NCBI GenBank assembly: GCA_965220645.1
Contig: OZ244836.1
Span: 1,472,237-1,536,236, forward strand
Length of the DNA stretch: 64,000 nucleotides
Direction of reading: 5' to 3'
From: Candidatus Aldehydirespirator sp.
GTDB lineage: Bacteria; Actinomycetota; Acidimicrobiia; Acidimicrobiales; Aldehydirespiratoraceae
The position numbers and the translations under genes were made by a program. The notes under the pieces are model-generated. The model saw nothing but the letters and a program-made list of their open reading frames with translations, was not told the origin of the DNA and did not search any database. Shown piece after piece: positions 52,271 through 62,935 of the stretch. The stretch's first letter is position 1. Each line of letters starts with the position of its first letter.

Positions 52271-55200
52271 GCCAGCACCGCCGCTTCGAGGAGGTCCTGC
52301 TGCTCCTGGGAGTGCACGGTGGGGCTGCCGCCCGCGGGGCTGCCCGATTCGGGGCGGCTGACTCTGTGGATCTCGTAGTCATCGCCGTGGGCCTCGTAGA
52401 GCCGTCCCTTGATCCCGTCCCAGGCGCCCATGTTCTCGGGCTCCTCCTGCAGCCAGACGATCTCCGAAGCGTTGGGGTAGCGGCGAAGCTCGTAGTCGAC
52501 CGCCCCGAACGGCCACGGGAAGAGCTGCTCGACGCGGCATATGGCCAGCGGGGCCTCGTGCTCGTCGCGCAGTTCGATCGCCGGGTACGCCACTTTGCCG
52601 CTGCAGAAGACCACCCTGGTCACGGCCTCGGCGTCGACCGTCCCGGTCTCCGCGCCGGGGTCGCCGAGCACCTCCTCGAAGGTGCCCGACGACAGGTCGG
52701 CGACCTTCGAGCGGGCGGGCTTGGCCCGCAGCAGCGACTTGGGGGTGAACACGATCATGGGCTTGCGGACGCGGTGGATCATCTGGCGGCGCAGCAAATG
52801 GAAGTACTGCCCCGCAGTCGTGGGCTGGCACACGTGCATGTTGTCCTCCGCGGCCAGCGTCAGGAACCGCTCGATACGGGCCGACGAGTGCTCCGGACCC
52901 TGGCCCTCCATGCCGTGGGGGAGCAGCAGCACGATCCCGCAGTGCTGGTCCCACTTGTCCTCGGCGGCCACGATGAACTGGTCGATGATGATCTGGGCCC
53001 CGTTGGCGAAGTCGCCGAACTGGGCCTCCCACATGACCAGGGCCTCCGGCTTGGCCACCGCGTAGCCGTACTCGAAGCCCACCGCGGCGTACTCCGACAG
53101 CAGGGAGTCGTAGATCCACAGCTCGGCCTCGCGCGCACACAGAGTGGACAGCGGCACGTACTCCTCGCTGGTCACATAATCCACCAGGGTGGAGTGCCGA
53201 TGGGAGAAGGTCCCCCGGCGGCTGTCCTGGCCGCTGAGGCGCACGGGAGTTCCCTCCATGAGCAGCGATCCGAAGGCCATCGCCTCGCCCATGCCCCAGT
53301 CGAACTCTCCGCTGCGGAACAACTTGTTGCGCTGCTCGAACTGCCGAGCCAGCTTCGGATGCACGGTGAAGCCCTCGGGCACGGTGTTGAGAGCCTCGTA
53401 GATGCGCTCCACGGTGACCGAATCGATGGAGGTGCGGACGTGGGGCATCACGCCCATCGGCTCGGGCGGGCGCCGGGCGCGGATGTTGTGGCCGGGCGCG
53501 GCGTCGCGGGTCTCGTCCAGGGCGGCCTGGAGTTGGTCGCGGTACTCGGCCAGGGACGCGTCGGCCTCCTCGGCGCTGATGTCGCCCCGCTTCAGCAGTG
53601 ATTCCCGGTACTGGGTGTGCACGGTTGGCTTGGCGTCGATGCGGCGGTACATGTCCGGCAGCGTGTAGCTGGGGTCGTCGCCCTCGTTGTGGCCGTGGCG
53701 CCGGTAGCAGATCATGTCGATCACGGCGTCCTTGTTGAACCGCTGGCGGTAGGCGAAGGCCAGGCGGGCGGCACGCACGCACGCCTCGGGGTCGTCACCG
53801 TTCACGTGGAAGATCGGCGCGCCGACCATCTTGGCCACGTCGGTGGAGTACTGCGTGGAGCGGGCCGAGTCCGGTGTGGTGGTGAAGCCGAGCTGGTTGT
53901 CGATCACCAGGTGGATCGTCCCGCCGACGCGGTATCCCTTGATGAGGCTCAGGTTGAAGGTCTCGGCCACCACACCCTGCCCCGCGAAGGCAGCGTCGCC
54001 GTGGATGAGCAGCGGCATGACCGGATAGGGGCCGTAGCTGCTGCCGGCCGGGATGTTGTCCATGCGGGCACGGGCCATGCCCACCACCACCGGGTCGACG
54101 GCCTCGAGATGGGATGGGTTGGCGGCCATCTCCACCAGCAGGTGCTTGCCCGACGGACTGGTGTAGGCACCGATCTGGCCGAGGTGGTACTTCACGTCGC
54201 CGCTGCCCTGGATCTGCTCGGTGGTTATGGCTCCCTCGAACTCCTTGAACAGCTCGTGGTAGGTCTTGCCCACCAGATTGACGAGGATGTTCAGCCGCCC
54301 GCGGTGGGCCATGCCCATCACCACCTCCGCCAGCGGCTCATCGGCCGCGCACGTCAGCAGGGCGTCCAGCAGCGGGATGGTGGACTCGGCGCCCTCCAGG
54401 CCGAAGCGCTTCTGGCCGACATACTTGGTCCCCAGGAAGCTGCTGAGGGCCTCGGCCGCGTTGAGTTGGCTGAGGATGCGACGCTGGTCCTCACCCTTGA
54501 GGGTGGTGTCGGCTCCCTCGATCTGCTCCTGGATCCACCGCTTCTCCGCGGGCTCCTGGATATGCATGTACTCCACGCCGACGGTGCGGCAGTAGGCGTC
54601 TCGCAGCACGCCCAGAAGGTCTCCGAGCTTCATCCGGCGTGTCCCGCCCACGGTGGCGTATATCCCGGTCTCGCTGCCGGTCAGGAACTCGCGGTCGAGG
54701 TCCCAGATGGTCAGCCCGTAGGTGGCCGGGTCGAGCTCGGAGTGCATCACGGGAGCCCCGTCGCGCAGCGGGTTGAGATCGGCGATCAGATGGCCTCTGA
54801 CGCGGTACTGGTTGATGAGCTGGTTGACCTTGGCCTGCTTCTCGAGCATGGTCGTCTCGCGGTCCACCGGGTTGAAGTCGCGCCGCCATTTCACCGCTTC
54901 GTACGGGATGTGCAGGGAGCGGAAGGCATTGATGTAGAAGTCGTCGGTGCCCAGCAGCAGGTCGTGCACCCTCTGCAGGAAGAGCCCGGATTCGGCGCCC
55001 TGGATGACGCGGTGGTCGTAGGTGCTGCTGATGGTCACCAGCTTGCTCACGCCCAGATCCGCCAGCAGCGAGGGGTCGGCGGCCTCGTACTCGGTGGGGA
55101 ACGCCAGAGCGCCGACGCCGACGATGGTCCCCTGACCGGTCATGAGCCGGGGGACGGACTGATGTGTTCCGATGGTTCCGGGGTTGGTGATGGTGACGGT

Positions 55201-55980
55201 GACGCCCCGCATGTCGTCGGCGGTCAGGCGGTTCTCGCGGATCTTGGCGATCTGCTCGTCGTAGCGGTCCACGAACTCGGCGAAGTCGAGGGTGTCGGCG
55301 TCGTGGATGCACGGAACCATCAGCGAGCGCGTGCCGTCGTCGCGGGCGATGTCGACCGCGATCCCGAGACCGATGTGATCGGGCCGCACGATCCTGGGCT
55401 TGCCCGCCGCGTCGGTGGCATAGATGTTGTTCATGGCCGGGATCGTGTCGGCAATGGCCCGCACCACGGCGTAGCCGATCAGGTGCGTGAACGAGATCTT
55501 GCGCACCATCTTGCGGCTGAGATGGCCGTTGGCGATCTTGCGGTTGACTTCCAGGAGCTTGGCGGGGACGTCGCGGAAGCTGGTGGCCGTGGGCACGGCC
55601 AGGCTGGCCTCCATGTTGGAGACGATGCGGGCTCCGACACCTCTGATCGGCTCGCCGATGGGTGTGTCGTCGGCAGCGGGCTTCTTCTTCGGTGCGGGCG
55701 GTTTCGGTGGCTCGCCTGCGAGCGGCGCGGTCACGCCGGTGGAGTCCGCGGCAGGCGCCGTCACGTCTGTGGCGATGGTGTCGATGGTGGTCCGTGTGGC
55801 GGTCGATGCCGGCGGCGTGGCCGACGTGATCGGTGAATCCGGCGTCTCGCCCTCGAACAGGGCCCGCCACGCCTCGTCCACCGAGGCCGGGTCGGCGGCC
55901 CAAAGGTCGCGCATCTCGTCGATGACCCAGGCGTTGGCGCCCAGAGCGTCGCCCGGCTCGGTCGCGGTCCGTTCGTTCAT
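52267..55980 (-). CDS. kgd: multifunctional 2-oxoglutarate decarboxylase/dehydrogenase E1 with fused E2-like acyltransferase domain (Kgd type)
   Basis: ORF 52267..55980, 1237 aa. N-terminal Ala/Pro linker, then a succinyltransferase-like segment (TISSTYDHRVIQGAESG), then the E1o ThDP domain. Confidence 0.95.
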   Translation of the reverse strand: MNERTATEPGDALGANAWVIDEMRDLWAADPASVDEAWRALFEGETPDSPITSATPPASTATRTTIDTIATDVTAPAADSTGVTAPLAGEPPKPPAPKKKPAADDTPIGEPIRGVGARIVSNMEASLAVPTATSFRDVPAKLLEVNRKIANGHLSRKMVRKISFTHLIGYAVVRAIADTIPAMNNIYATDAAGKPRIVRPDHIGLGIAVDIARDDGTRSLMVPCIHDADTLDFAEFVDRYDEQIAKIRENRLTADDMRGVTVTITNPGTIGTHQSVPRLMTGQGTIVGVGALAFPTEYEAADPSLLADLGVSKLVTISSTYDHRVIQGAESGLFLQRVHDLLLGTDDFYINAFRSLHIPYEAVKWRRDFNPVDRETTMLEKQAKVNQLINQYRVRGHLIADLNPLRDGAPVMHSELDPATYGLTIWDLDREFLTGSETGIYATVGGTRRMKLGDLLGVLRDAYCRTVGVEYMHIQEPAEKRWIQEQIEGADTTLKGEDQRRILSQLNAAEALSSFLGTKYVGQKRFGLEGAESTIPLLDALLTCAADEPLAEVVMGMAHRGRLNILVNLVGKTYHELFKEFEGAITTEQIQGSGDVKYHLGQIGAYTSPSGKHLLVEMAANPSHLEAVDPVVVGMARARMDNIPAGSSYGPYPVMPLLIHGDAAFAGQGVVAETFNLSLIKGYRVGGTIHLVIDNQLGFTTTPDSARSTQYSTDVAKMVGAPIFHVNGDDPEACVRAARLAFAYRQRFNKDAVIDMICYRRHGHNEGDDPSYTLPDMYRRIDAKPTVHTQYRESLLKRGDISAEEADASLAEYRDQLQAALDETRDAAPGHNIRARRPPEPMGVMPHVRTSIDSVTVERIYEALNTVPEGFTVHPKLARQFEQRNKLFRSGEFDWGMGEAMAFGSLLMEGTPVRLSGQDSRRGTFSHRHSTLVDYVTSEEYVPLSTLCAREAELWIYDSLLSEYAAVGFEYGYAVAKPEALVMWEAQFGDFANGAQIIIDQFIVAAEDKWDQHCGIVLLLPHGMEGQGPEHSSARIERFLTLAAEDNMHVCQPTTAGQYFHLLRRQMIHRVRKPMIVFTPKSLLRAKPARSKVADLSSGTFEEVLGDPGAETGTVDAEAVTRVVFCSGKVAYPAIELRDEHEAPLAICRVEQLFPWPFGAVDYELRRYPNASEIVWLQEEPENMGAWDGIKGRLYEAHGDDYEIHRVSRPESGSPAGGSPTVHSQEQQDLLEAAVLA

Positions 55981-56019
55981 GGCCGCAATGCTACTTTCTT
56001 GCGGGGGTAGGGTCGGCCT

Positions 56020-56817
56020 GTGCGGGTCGTGACCTGGAACGTCAACTCGTTGAAGGCGCGGCTAGGCCGGGTGCAGCGCTGGATCGAGTCCTTCTCACCG
56101 GACGTGCTGTGCCTGCAGGAGACCAAGCTCGCCGACGACACCTTCCCTGCGCTGTCCTTCCAATCGCTCGGCTACGACTGCTTCCATTACGGCGAGGGCC
56201 GCTGGAACGGCGTGGCCGTGCTGAGCAGGGTGGGGCTCACCGACCCGGTGGCCGGATTCGGCGAAGGCATCGAGCCGGATCCCGACGCCCGCCTGGCTTG
56301 GGCCACATGCGGAGGGATTCGCGTGGCGTCGTGCTACGTGCCCAACGGACGGGCCCTAGGTCACGACCACTACCACTACAAGCTCGATTGGCTGAGTCGC
56401 CTGCGGGACTCCTTGAGTGTGCAGGCAGATCCCGGTGCTCCCGTCCTGGTGTGCGGCGACTTCAACATCGCCCCCGACGATCGGGACGTGTACGACCCGG
56501 CCGCCTTCGCCGACTCCACCCACACCAGCGCGGCGGAGCGGGAACAGCTTGCCGGCCTGCTCGATTGGGGACTGGTCGACGTGTTCCGCGAGCATCACGA
56601 CGGCGGTGGGCTGTTCACGTGGTGGGACTACCGGGGAGGCAACTTCCACAAGCGCATGGGAATGCGCATCGACCTCGCGCTGGCGACCCGGCCGGTGGCC
56701 GACGCGGCCAGCTTCGTGCTCATCGACCGCAATGAGCGCAAGGGTCCCAAGGACGACCCGCCCAGCGACCATGCGCCTCTTCTGGTGGACCTGGAGGAGG
56801 TTGTCGAGCAGTGCTGA
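56020..56817 (+). CDS. xthA: exodeoxyribonuclease III
   Basis: ORF 56020..56817. Motifs: MRVVTWNVNSLKARL, LCLQETK, GDFNIAP, SDHAPL. Confidence 0.9.
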   Translation: MRVVTWNVNSLKARLGRVQRWIESFSPDVLCLQETKLADDTFPALSFQSLGYDCFHYGEGRWNGVAVLSRVGLTDPVAGFGEGIEPDPDARLAWATCGGIRVASCYVPNGRALGHDHYHYKLDWLSRLRDSLSVQADPGAPVLVCGDFNIAPDDRDVYDPAAFADSTHTSAAEREQLAGLLDWGLVDVFREHHDGGGLFTWWDYRGGNFHKRMGMRIDLALATRPVADAASFVLIDRNERKGPKDDPPSDHAPLLVDLEEVVEQC

Positions 56818-59039
56818 CGCCGCTTGACGAGCACGCCCTGCTCGTTTTCTGGACGCAACTGCTGGTGCTCGTGGTGGCCGCACGGGCCGTTGGCTACGCG
56901 ATGCGCCGGGTCGGGTTGCCCTCGGTGATCGGCCACCTGGCCGCGGGTGTGATCCTCGGCCCTTCGGTGTTCGGGGTGGTGTGGCCGAGCGGCCTCGAAT
57001 GGTTCCTTCCCCACGAGGAGATCTCCTCGGGCGCCCTGTTCGCGGTCACCTGGCTGGGGGTGGCGCTGCTGCTGGTCACGGCCGGGTTCGAGACGGACCT
57101 GGCCCTGATACGTCGACTGGGGCGCGCCGCGGCGCTGGTGACCGGCTTCAGCCTCGTCATTCCGCTGGCCGGAGGCCTGGTGACCGGCTTGCTGCTGCCG
57201 GAGGACTTTGTGGGTGGCGGCGCCGACCGCACCGTGTTCGCGCTGTTCGTCGCGGCCGCGCTGTCGGTGTCGGCTCTGGCCGTGATCGCGCGGATCCTGT
57301 CGGAGCTGGGGCTGATGAGGCGCGACTTCGGCCAGATCACGGTGGCGGCCGGCATGGCCAACGACGTGGTCGGCTGGGTGATGCTCGCCGTGTTCGCCGG
57401 TTTCGCCACCGCGGGCGAGGTGTCGGTGGGGGGCACCTTGCGGACGGTGCTGGGCCTGGCCGCGTTCCTGTTCCTGGCGATGACGCTGGGCCAGCGCGCC
57501 ATCGACGCGAGCCTGCGGCGGATCCGGCGCGACGGACCCAACCTGCACGGCGCGCTCGGCATCGCAGTGATCACCATGCTGGTGTTCGGCGTGGCCACCC
57601 AGGCTTTGGGTATCGAGGCCGTGCTCGGGGCGTTCGTGGCCGGGGTGGTCCTGAACCGCTCTCGTTTCCAGCAGCACGAGGTCGTTCATCACATCGAGTC
57701 GCTCACTAACGCCTTCCTGGCCCCGGTGTTCTTCGCCATGGCCGGGCTCCGGGTCGATCTCTCCCTGTTGGGTGAGGGCAGTGCGCTGGCCTGGGCCGGG
57801 GCGGTGATGGCGGTGGCGATCGTGGCCAAGTTCGCGGGGGCCTTCATCGGCGCCCGGCTGGCGGGACAGTCGCAGCGGGCTGCGGTGGCGCTGGGCGCAG
57901 GCCTCAACGCCCGCGGCGCGCTGGAGATCGTCATCGCTTCGGTGGGGCTGTCTCTGGGCGTGTTCAGCGAGACGGCATACACCGTCATCGTGATCGTGCC
58001 CCTGGTGACATCGGTGTTCGCCGCGGTCAGCCTGCGGTTGGCGGTGCGGGACTGGATGGGCTCCCCGGCGGAGCGCGAGCGCCTCGAGCGTGAGGAAGCG
58101 CTCAGCCGGAACCTGGTGGTGCGATCGTCGCGGCTGCTGTTGGCCTCGCGGGCCGAGCCCGCATCCATCGCAGCCGCGCAGCTCATGCACTTCGCCTGGC
58201 CGGTGCAAGTGCCGGCCACCGTGATCTCAGTGATGCCCGAGAGCTCTGGCGACGGCTCCTACCACTCCGACGGCCCGACGAGAGGCCAGTGGCCCGACAT
58301 CACCATCATCCGCAATGTTCTCGACGGGCGGGACATAGATCACCGCCAGGTGAAGGCCTCCAGCGCAGCCGGCGCGGTGGTCGCGGCGTCCATAGTGGCG
58401 GAGGCCCGCCTTGGGTACGGCGTGATCTGCGTCGGCGTGGCCGGCCGTCACGAGGGCCAGCTGTACTCGCCGATGGTCGACGAGTTGCTGTTGCACTCGT
58501 CTCTCCCGGTGGTGATCGTCAGGCGGGCCGAGGGTCTGGAGACGCCGCTGCCGGGCGCCTTCACCCGTGCCATCGTGCCGGTGACGGGCACGAGGTCCTC
58601 CAGAGCCGCTCAGGAGGTGGCCTTCGGGGTGAGCAGCCAACTCGGCACCGACGTGGTCCTGACCCATGTGGTGCAGCGGCAGTGGGCGGAGATGCGGATG
58701 CTGCCTAAGCGGCTGACCAGAAGCAAGTTGGCGACCCGGGTGCTCGGTGAGGCCCACAGCGAATCGGCTCGCCCCGTAGTTGATGCGCTCATGGACGCCG
58801 CCAGAGCGCGGGGCGAAGAGATGGGTGTGGGCGCCCGCACCCTGGTCCAGGAGGGCTCCTCGCCGGCGTCGACGCTGGTGTCGGTAGCTGAGGAGCAGGA
58901 GGCCGACCTCGTGGTTCTGGGGGCATCGCTGCGAAATGTGGACGGTCGCCCGTTCCTGGGACACACCGTCGAGACGGTGCTGGAGCGATGCACCGCCAAT
59001 GTCGCAGTGGTGGCCATGCCCCGCGCCGACACCGGCTAG
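56811..59039 (+). CDS. CPA2 cation:proton antiporter fused to C-terminal universal stress protein (Usp) domains
   Basis: ORF 56811..59039. The N-terminal half of about 420 aa is hydrophobic (GLPSVIGHLAAGVILGPS). The C-terminal half has two Usp-like modules (...DLVVLGAS...). Confidence 0.85.
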   Translation: MLTPLDEHALLVFWTQLLVLVVAARAVGYAMRRVGLPSVIGHLAAGVILGPSVFGVVWPSGLEWFLPHEEISSGALFAVTWLGVALLLVTAGFETDLALIRRLGRAAALVTGFSLVIPLAGGLVTGLLLPEDFVGGGADRTVFALFVAAALSVSALAVIARILSELGLMRRDFGQITVAAGMANDVVGWVMLAVFAGFATAGEVSVGGTLRTVLGLAAFLFLAMTLGQRAIDASLRRIRRDGPNLHGALGIAVITMLVFGVATQALGIEAVLGAFVAGVVLNRSRFQQHEVVHHIESLTNAFLAPVFFAMAGLRVDLSLLGEGSALAWAGAVMAVAIVAKFAGAFIGARLAGQSQRAAVALGAGLNARGALEIVIASVGLSLGVFSETAYTVIVIVPLVTSVFAAVSLRLAVRDWMGSPAERERLEREEALSRNLVVRSSRLLLASRAEPASIAAAQLMHFAWPVQVPATVISVMPESSGDGSYHSDGPTRGQWPDITIIRNVLDGRDIDHRQVKASSAAGAVVAASIVAEARLGYGVICVGVAGRHEGQLYSPMVDELLLHSSLPVVIVRRAEGLETPLPGAFTRAIVPVTGTRSSRAAQEVAFGVSSQLGTDVVLTHVVQRQWAEMRMLPKRLTRSKLATRVLGEAHSESARPVVDALMDAARARGEEMGVGARTLVQEGSSPASTLVSVAEEQEADLVVLGASLRNVDGRPFLGHTVETVLERCTANVAVVAMPRADTG

Positions 59040-59060
59040 AGGCTTGCCGTCGAAGCGTTC

Positions 59061-60809
59061 CTAGCGGTCTCGGCGGGATCGGAGTTCTTGGCGGGCTCGG
59101 GCGATCGCTTCCCGGTGGTCGACGGCGCCGGGGCCCGGACCGGAGGCCTCGGCGATTGCGCTCAGCCACGGCGACGGCTCTCTGTCCACGTCCTTGCCGC
59201 CTAGCTCGCGCCGGTCGCACCACAGCACGTGCAGTTCCTGCTCGGCCCGGGTGACGGCGACGTGCAGCAGGCGGCGCTCCTCGGCTCGCGCCGCGGCGGT
59301 GCGGGCGTGGGCGATGGGGACGAACCCGTCCTCCATGCCTACGAGGTGCACGATGGGCCACTCCAGTCCCTTGGCGGCGTGGAAGGTGATCAGATCGACG
59401 CCGTCCGACGACGCCGTCAGACGGCCGTCGGAGCGCAGCGCGGTGGTGAAGGCGTTGACAGTGGAGTCGGGGTCGAGGGACAGATGGTCCTCCGCGAACT
59501 CCAGGAAGGCCTCGATGTTGGCTCGGGTCTCGGGCGTGTCCGGAGCGGCAGGCCGCCCTGCATCCGCGCCGGTGCCGGCAGGGTCGCGGAGCCACTGGCG
59601 AGTGTCGGCCACGCAGGTGACGAGGCTCGCGCCGGGGGTCCAGGCCGCCAGCACAGCCGCGATCTCGGGCCGGCGGATCAGGCTGGCCTCGCTCGCCGCG
59701 GCGATCGGGATGTTCTGGCGCCGCAGCGCCTTGCGCAGCGGCTCGAGTTGTGCGTTGGTGCGGGCCAGTACAGCCTGGCGGCGCCATGAAGAGCCGGGCC
59801 GGTGGCGGTGCCGCACCGTGCGGGCCAGCACTGCGGCCTCGTCGGCCCCGTCGCAGACGGTGACGGTGGGGTCGTCGCCCGACGGGCGGCACGCGGGCTG
59901 CGGTGGCCGGCCCAGGATCCGGCCCGCCGCGTCCAGCACCTCCGGCGTCGACCGGAAGTTGGTGCGCATGTGCAGCACCGCGCAACCCGGAAAGTGTTCG
60001 CCCACCGTGTTGATCAGCTCGGGATCGGCCCCGTTCCATCCGTAGATGGCCTGGTCGGGATCGCCCACCACCACCAGCGTCGAGTCCGGGCCCAGCCACG
60101 ACCTCAGCAGGGCGAACTGCAGCGGGTTGATGTCCTGGAACTCGTCGACGAGCAGGTGCTGGTGAAGCCAGCGATGAGCTGCGGCGTGCTTGGGCTCGGC
60201 CGCCATCAGCTCCCCCGAGCGGGCCAGCACGTCGTCGAAGTCGAGCAGCCGGCGCTTGCGCTTGGCCGACTCGTAGTCGGCGTAGATCTGGGCGAAGCGG
60301 TCGGCTCGACCCACTGGTGGCCGCCGGCCTGCAGCCCGCGCCGCCTGGGAGTAGTTCTCGGGTGTCACCAGCCGGGCCCGGCACCAGCCGATCTCGTTGG
60401 CGATGTCGGCCACCGCCGCTCGGTCGGCGCGGGGCCGGAGTTCGGCGATGAGGCCTGCGACGCTCTCGAGGATCCGGGGAGGGCGCCTGCCGGAGTCGGC
60501 GGCATAGCGGCGCAACTGGGCCAGAGCGACGGCATGGAAGGTTCCGGCTCTGACCGCGTCATTGAGGCCGACTCCCCGCAAGCGGGACCGAAGCTCGCGC
60601 GCCGCCCGGCGGGTGAATGTCACCGCCAGCACGCGCCGGGGATCGACGTGGGCCTCGCTGGCCTGCCAGGCGATGCGCCTGGTCAGGACACGGGTCTTCC
60701 CCGAGCCGGCCCCGGCAACGACACACAGCGGCGACGCTCGGGTCGTCACCGCGTCGCGCTGCTCGGCGGTGAGGCCCGCCAGCAGCGGATGCTTCGGGTC
60801 GGTCACCAC
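59061..60809 (-). CDS. UvrD/Rep/PcrA-family ATP-dependent DNA helicase (short form)
   Basis: ORF 59061..60809. Motifs: AGAGSGKTRVLTRR, VDEFQDINPLQ, VTRAEQEL. Confidence 0.9.
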   Translation of the reverse strand: MVTDPKHPLLAGLTAEQRDAVTTRASPLCVVAGAGSGKTRVLTRRIAWQASEAHVDPRRVLAVTFTRRAARELRSRLRGVGLNDAVRAGTFHAVALAQLRRYAADSGRRPPRILESVAGLIAELRPRADRAAVADIANEIGWCRARLVTPENYSQAARAAGRRPPVGRADRFAQIYADYESAKRKRRLLDFDDVLARSGELMAAEPKHAAAHRWLHQHLLVDEFQDINPLQFALLRSWLGPDSTLVVVGDPDQAIYGWNGADPELINTVGEHFPGCAVLHMRTNFRSTPEVLDAAGRILGRPPQPACRPSGDDPTVTVCDGADEAAVLARTVRHRHRPGSSWRRQAVLARTNAQLEPLRKALRRQNIPIAAASEASLIRRPEIAAVLAAWTPGASLVTCVADTRQWLRDPAGTGADAGRPAAPDTPETRANIEAFLEFAEDHLSLDPDSTVNAFTTALRSDGRLTASSDGVDLITFHAAKGLEWPIVHLVGMEDGFVPIAHARTAAARAEERRLLHVAVTRAEQELHVLWCDRRELGGKDVDREPSPWLSAIAEASGPGPGAVDHREAIARARQELRSRRDR

Positions 60810-60891
60810 CCGACCCTAGAGGGAGACAACGGCCGCCACAGGGCGCGGCGAGCGCCGTTCGACAGACCCGCTGCCGGTACTGTCAGAGGCG

Positions 60892-61236
60892 GTGTTCATG
60901 ATCGACGAGGCCCGCTTCGAGCAGTTGGTGGGCGAGGCCCTTGATTCGTTGCCCCCTGCGCTGGGGGAGATGATGGAGAACATCGTGGTGATGGTGGAGG
61001 ACGCCCACCCCGACGAGGATCTCCTCGGCCTCTACGAGGGTGTTCCCCTGACCGAGCGGGAGGACTACGGCGGGCTGGCCATGCCCGACCGGGTGACCGT
61101 CTACCGCCTGCCCATCTGCCAGATCTGCGACAGCGAGGACGAGTTGCTGGACGAGGTCATGGTCACCGTGGTGCACGAGGTGGCCCATCACTTCGGCATC
61201 GACGACGAGACCCTGCACCAACTCGGCTGGGACTAG
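60892..61236 (+). CDS. small zinc metallopeptidase-like protein (DUF1025/MtfA-like minimal fold)
   Basis: ORF 60892..61236. HEVAHHFG motif. Confidence 0.75.
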   Translation: MFMIDEARFEQLVGEALDSLPPALGEMMENIVVMVEDAHPDEDLLGLYEGVPLTEREDYGGLAMPDRVTVYRLPICQICDSEDELLDEVMVTVVHEVAHHFGIDDETLHQLGWD

Positions 61237-61301
61237 CCGAAGGGGTTGCTGGTTCGTATCGGAGTCACCCGGGCCGGCTTGAACCACTCGCACGCGATGG
61301 C

Positions 61302-62819
61302 TCAGGCGAAGCGGGGAAAGCGGCTCCGGGGACCGGCTTCGGCCCAGTCCATGTGGTTGCGTACGTACTCGTTGGCGGCGTCTCGCCGCGGGTTGTAGTC
61401 CCACGAACGCGTGCCTGTGGATCCGGCCGCGGCGTACAGCACCCGGCGGGCGCGCTGGGAGCACAGCACGCGGTCGCGGATGGCGGCGCTGTCCCAGCGC
61501 TGGGCGGTTTCGGCGGCGAAGGCCGCGGCCAGGGCGGCGCAGTCGGGATCGGCGGCGAGGTTGGTTCGCTCGAGCGGATCGGCTTCCACGTCGTAGAGCA
61601 GCGGGGGGTCGGTCTCGCAGTGGATGTACTTGTGGCGACCCCGCCGGATCATGAACATCGGGTGCGAGGTCATCTCGGCCATGTACTCGCCCGTGGTCTC
61701 GGCGGCGACATCGGTGCCGCCGGCCGCGACCTCCCACAGGCTGCGTCCGGCGAGCGGTGCTGCGAGCTCGGGCCAGGCCCCGCCGCCGGTCGCGATGTCG
61801 AGCAGGGTGGGCAGCAGGTCCAGATGCGAGCAGACGTTGGGAACCGAGCGGCTGGCCACCTCCGGTCCGGCCATGATCAGCGGCACCCGAGCCGAACGCT
61901 CGAAGAACGACATCTTGAAGAACGTGCCCCGGTCGCCGAGCATGTCTCCGTGGTCGCTGGTCACGATCACCACGGTGTTGTCGAGACGGCCGGTCTCGTC
62001 CAGCACCCCCACGAGGCGACCGACCCATGAGTCGAAGTAGCTCGTGTTGGCGTAGTAGCCGTGGCGGGCGTTGCGGCACTGGTCGGTGGTGTAGCCGACC
62101 GTGTCGGCCTCGATGCCGCGGCGGATGCGCCGGGTGTGGGGGTCGAGCGCATCTTCGGAGATGGGCTCGGGCAGGTCGATGTCGTCGTGGTTGTAGAGGT
62201 TCCACCACTCGGGTCGGGCCACGTAGGGGTCGTGGGGGTGGATGAACGACGCCACCAGGAAGAACGGTCGCTCGTCAGGGTCCCGGGCCAGGTCGTAGAG
62301 GCGGCGAACCGCGGCGAACCCGACCTCCTCGTCGTAGTCGATCTGGTACGTGGCCAGCGCCTGTCCGGCCTCCGACAGGCTGTCCATGTTGTGATACCAC
62401 TTGCCGATGCGCGTGTCGGGATCGTCCCAGTCGGGGGTCCAGGCGAAGTCGGCGGGATAGATGTCGGTGGTGAGACGCTCGTCGAACCCGTGGAGCTGAT
62501 CGGGGCCCACGAAGTGCATCTTTCCTGACAGGCAGGTGCGGTAGCCGGCGAGCGCCAGGTAGTGGGCCAGAGTGGGCACCGACGCCGGGAACTCGGCGGC
62601 GTTGTCCCACGCTCCGATGGCCGATACCGGCTGGCCCGACAGCATGGTGAAGCGGGCCGGGGCACACAGCGGCGAATGGCAGTACGCCGCGTCGAAGCGG
62701 GCCCCGCGCTCGGCCAGAGCCTCCATTGCCGGCGTGCGTACGAGCGGATGGCCGTAGGCCCCGGTGAAATGGGGTGCGAGCTGGTCGGCCATGACGACCA
62801 AGATGTCGGGCTGGCTCAT
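61302..62819 (-). CDS. sulfatase (choline-sulfatase/arylsulfatase family)
   Basis: ORF 61302..62819. Formylglycine motif SPLCAPARFTMLSG, plus TSDHGD. Confidence 0.85.
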   Translation of the reverse strand: MSQPDILVVMADQLAPHFTGAYGHPLVRTPAMEALAERGARFDAAYCHSPLCAPARFTMLSGQPVSAIGAWDNAAEFPASVPTLAHYLALAGYRTCLSGKMHFVGPDQLHGFDERLTTDIYPADFAWTPDWDDPDTRIGKWYHNMDSLSEAGQALATYQIDYDEEVGFAAVRRLYDLARDPDERPFFLVASFIHPHDPYVARPEWWNLYNHDDIDLPEPISEDALDPHTRRIRRGIEADTVGYTTDQCRNARHGYYANTSYFDSWVGRLVGVLDETGRLDNTVVIVTSDHGDMLGDRGTFFKMSFFERSARVPLIMAGPEVASRSVPNVCSHLDLLPTLLDIATGGGAWPELAAPLAGRSLWEVAAGGTDVAAETTGEYMAEMTSHPMFMIRRGRHKYIHCETDPPLLYDVEADPLERTNLAADPDCAALAAAFAAETAQRWDSAAIRDRVLCSQRARRVLYAAAGSTGTRSWDYNPRRDAANEYVRNHMDWAEAGPRSRFPRFA

Positions 62820-62935
62820 GTCCAGAAGCTAATGGACGCCCGCTGCGATGGGGCTGGCCAACGGTCCGCGCGCGGCAGCTTCCCCATATGTACGTTGCGG
62901 CTGTAACGCCGACTTCGTTGGATCAGGAGCACTGC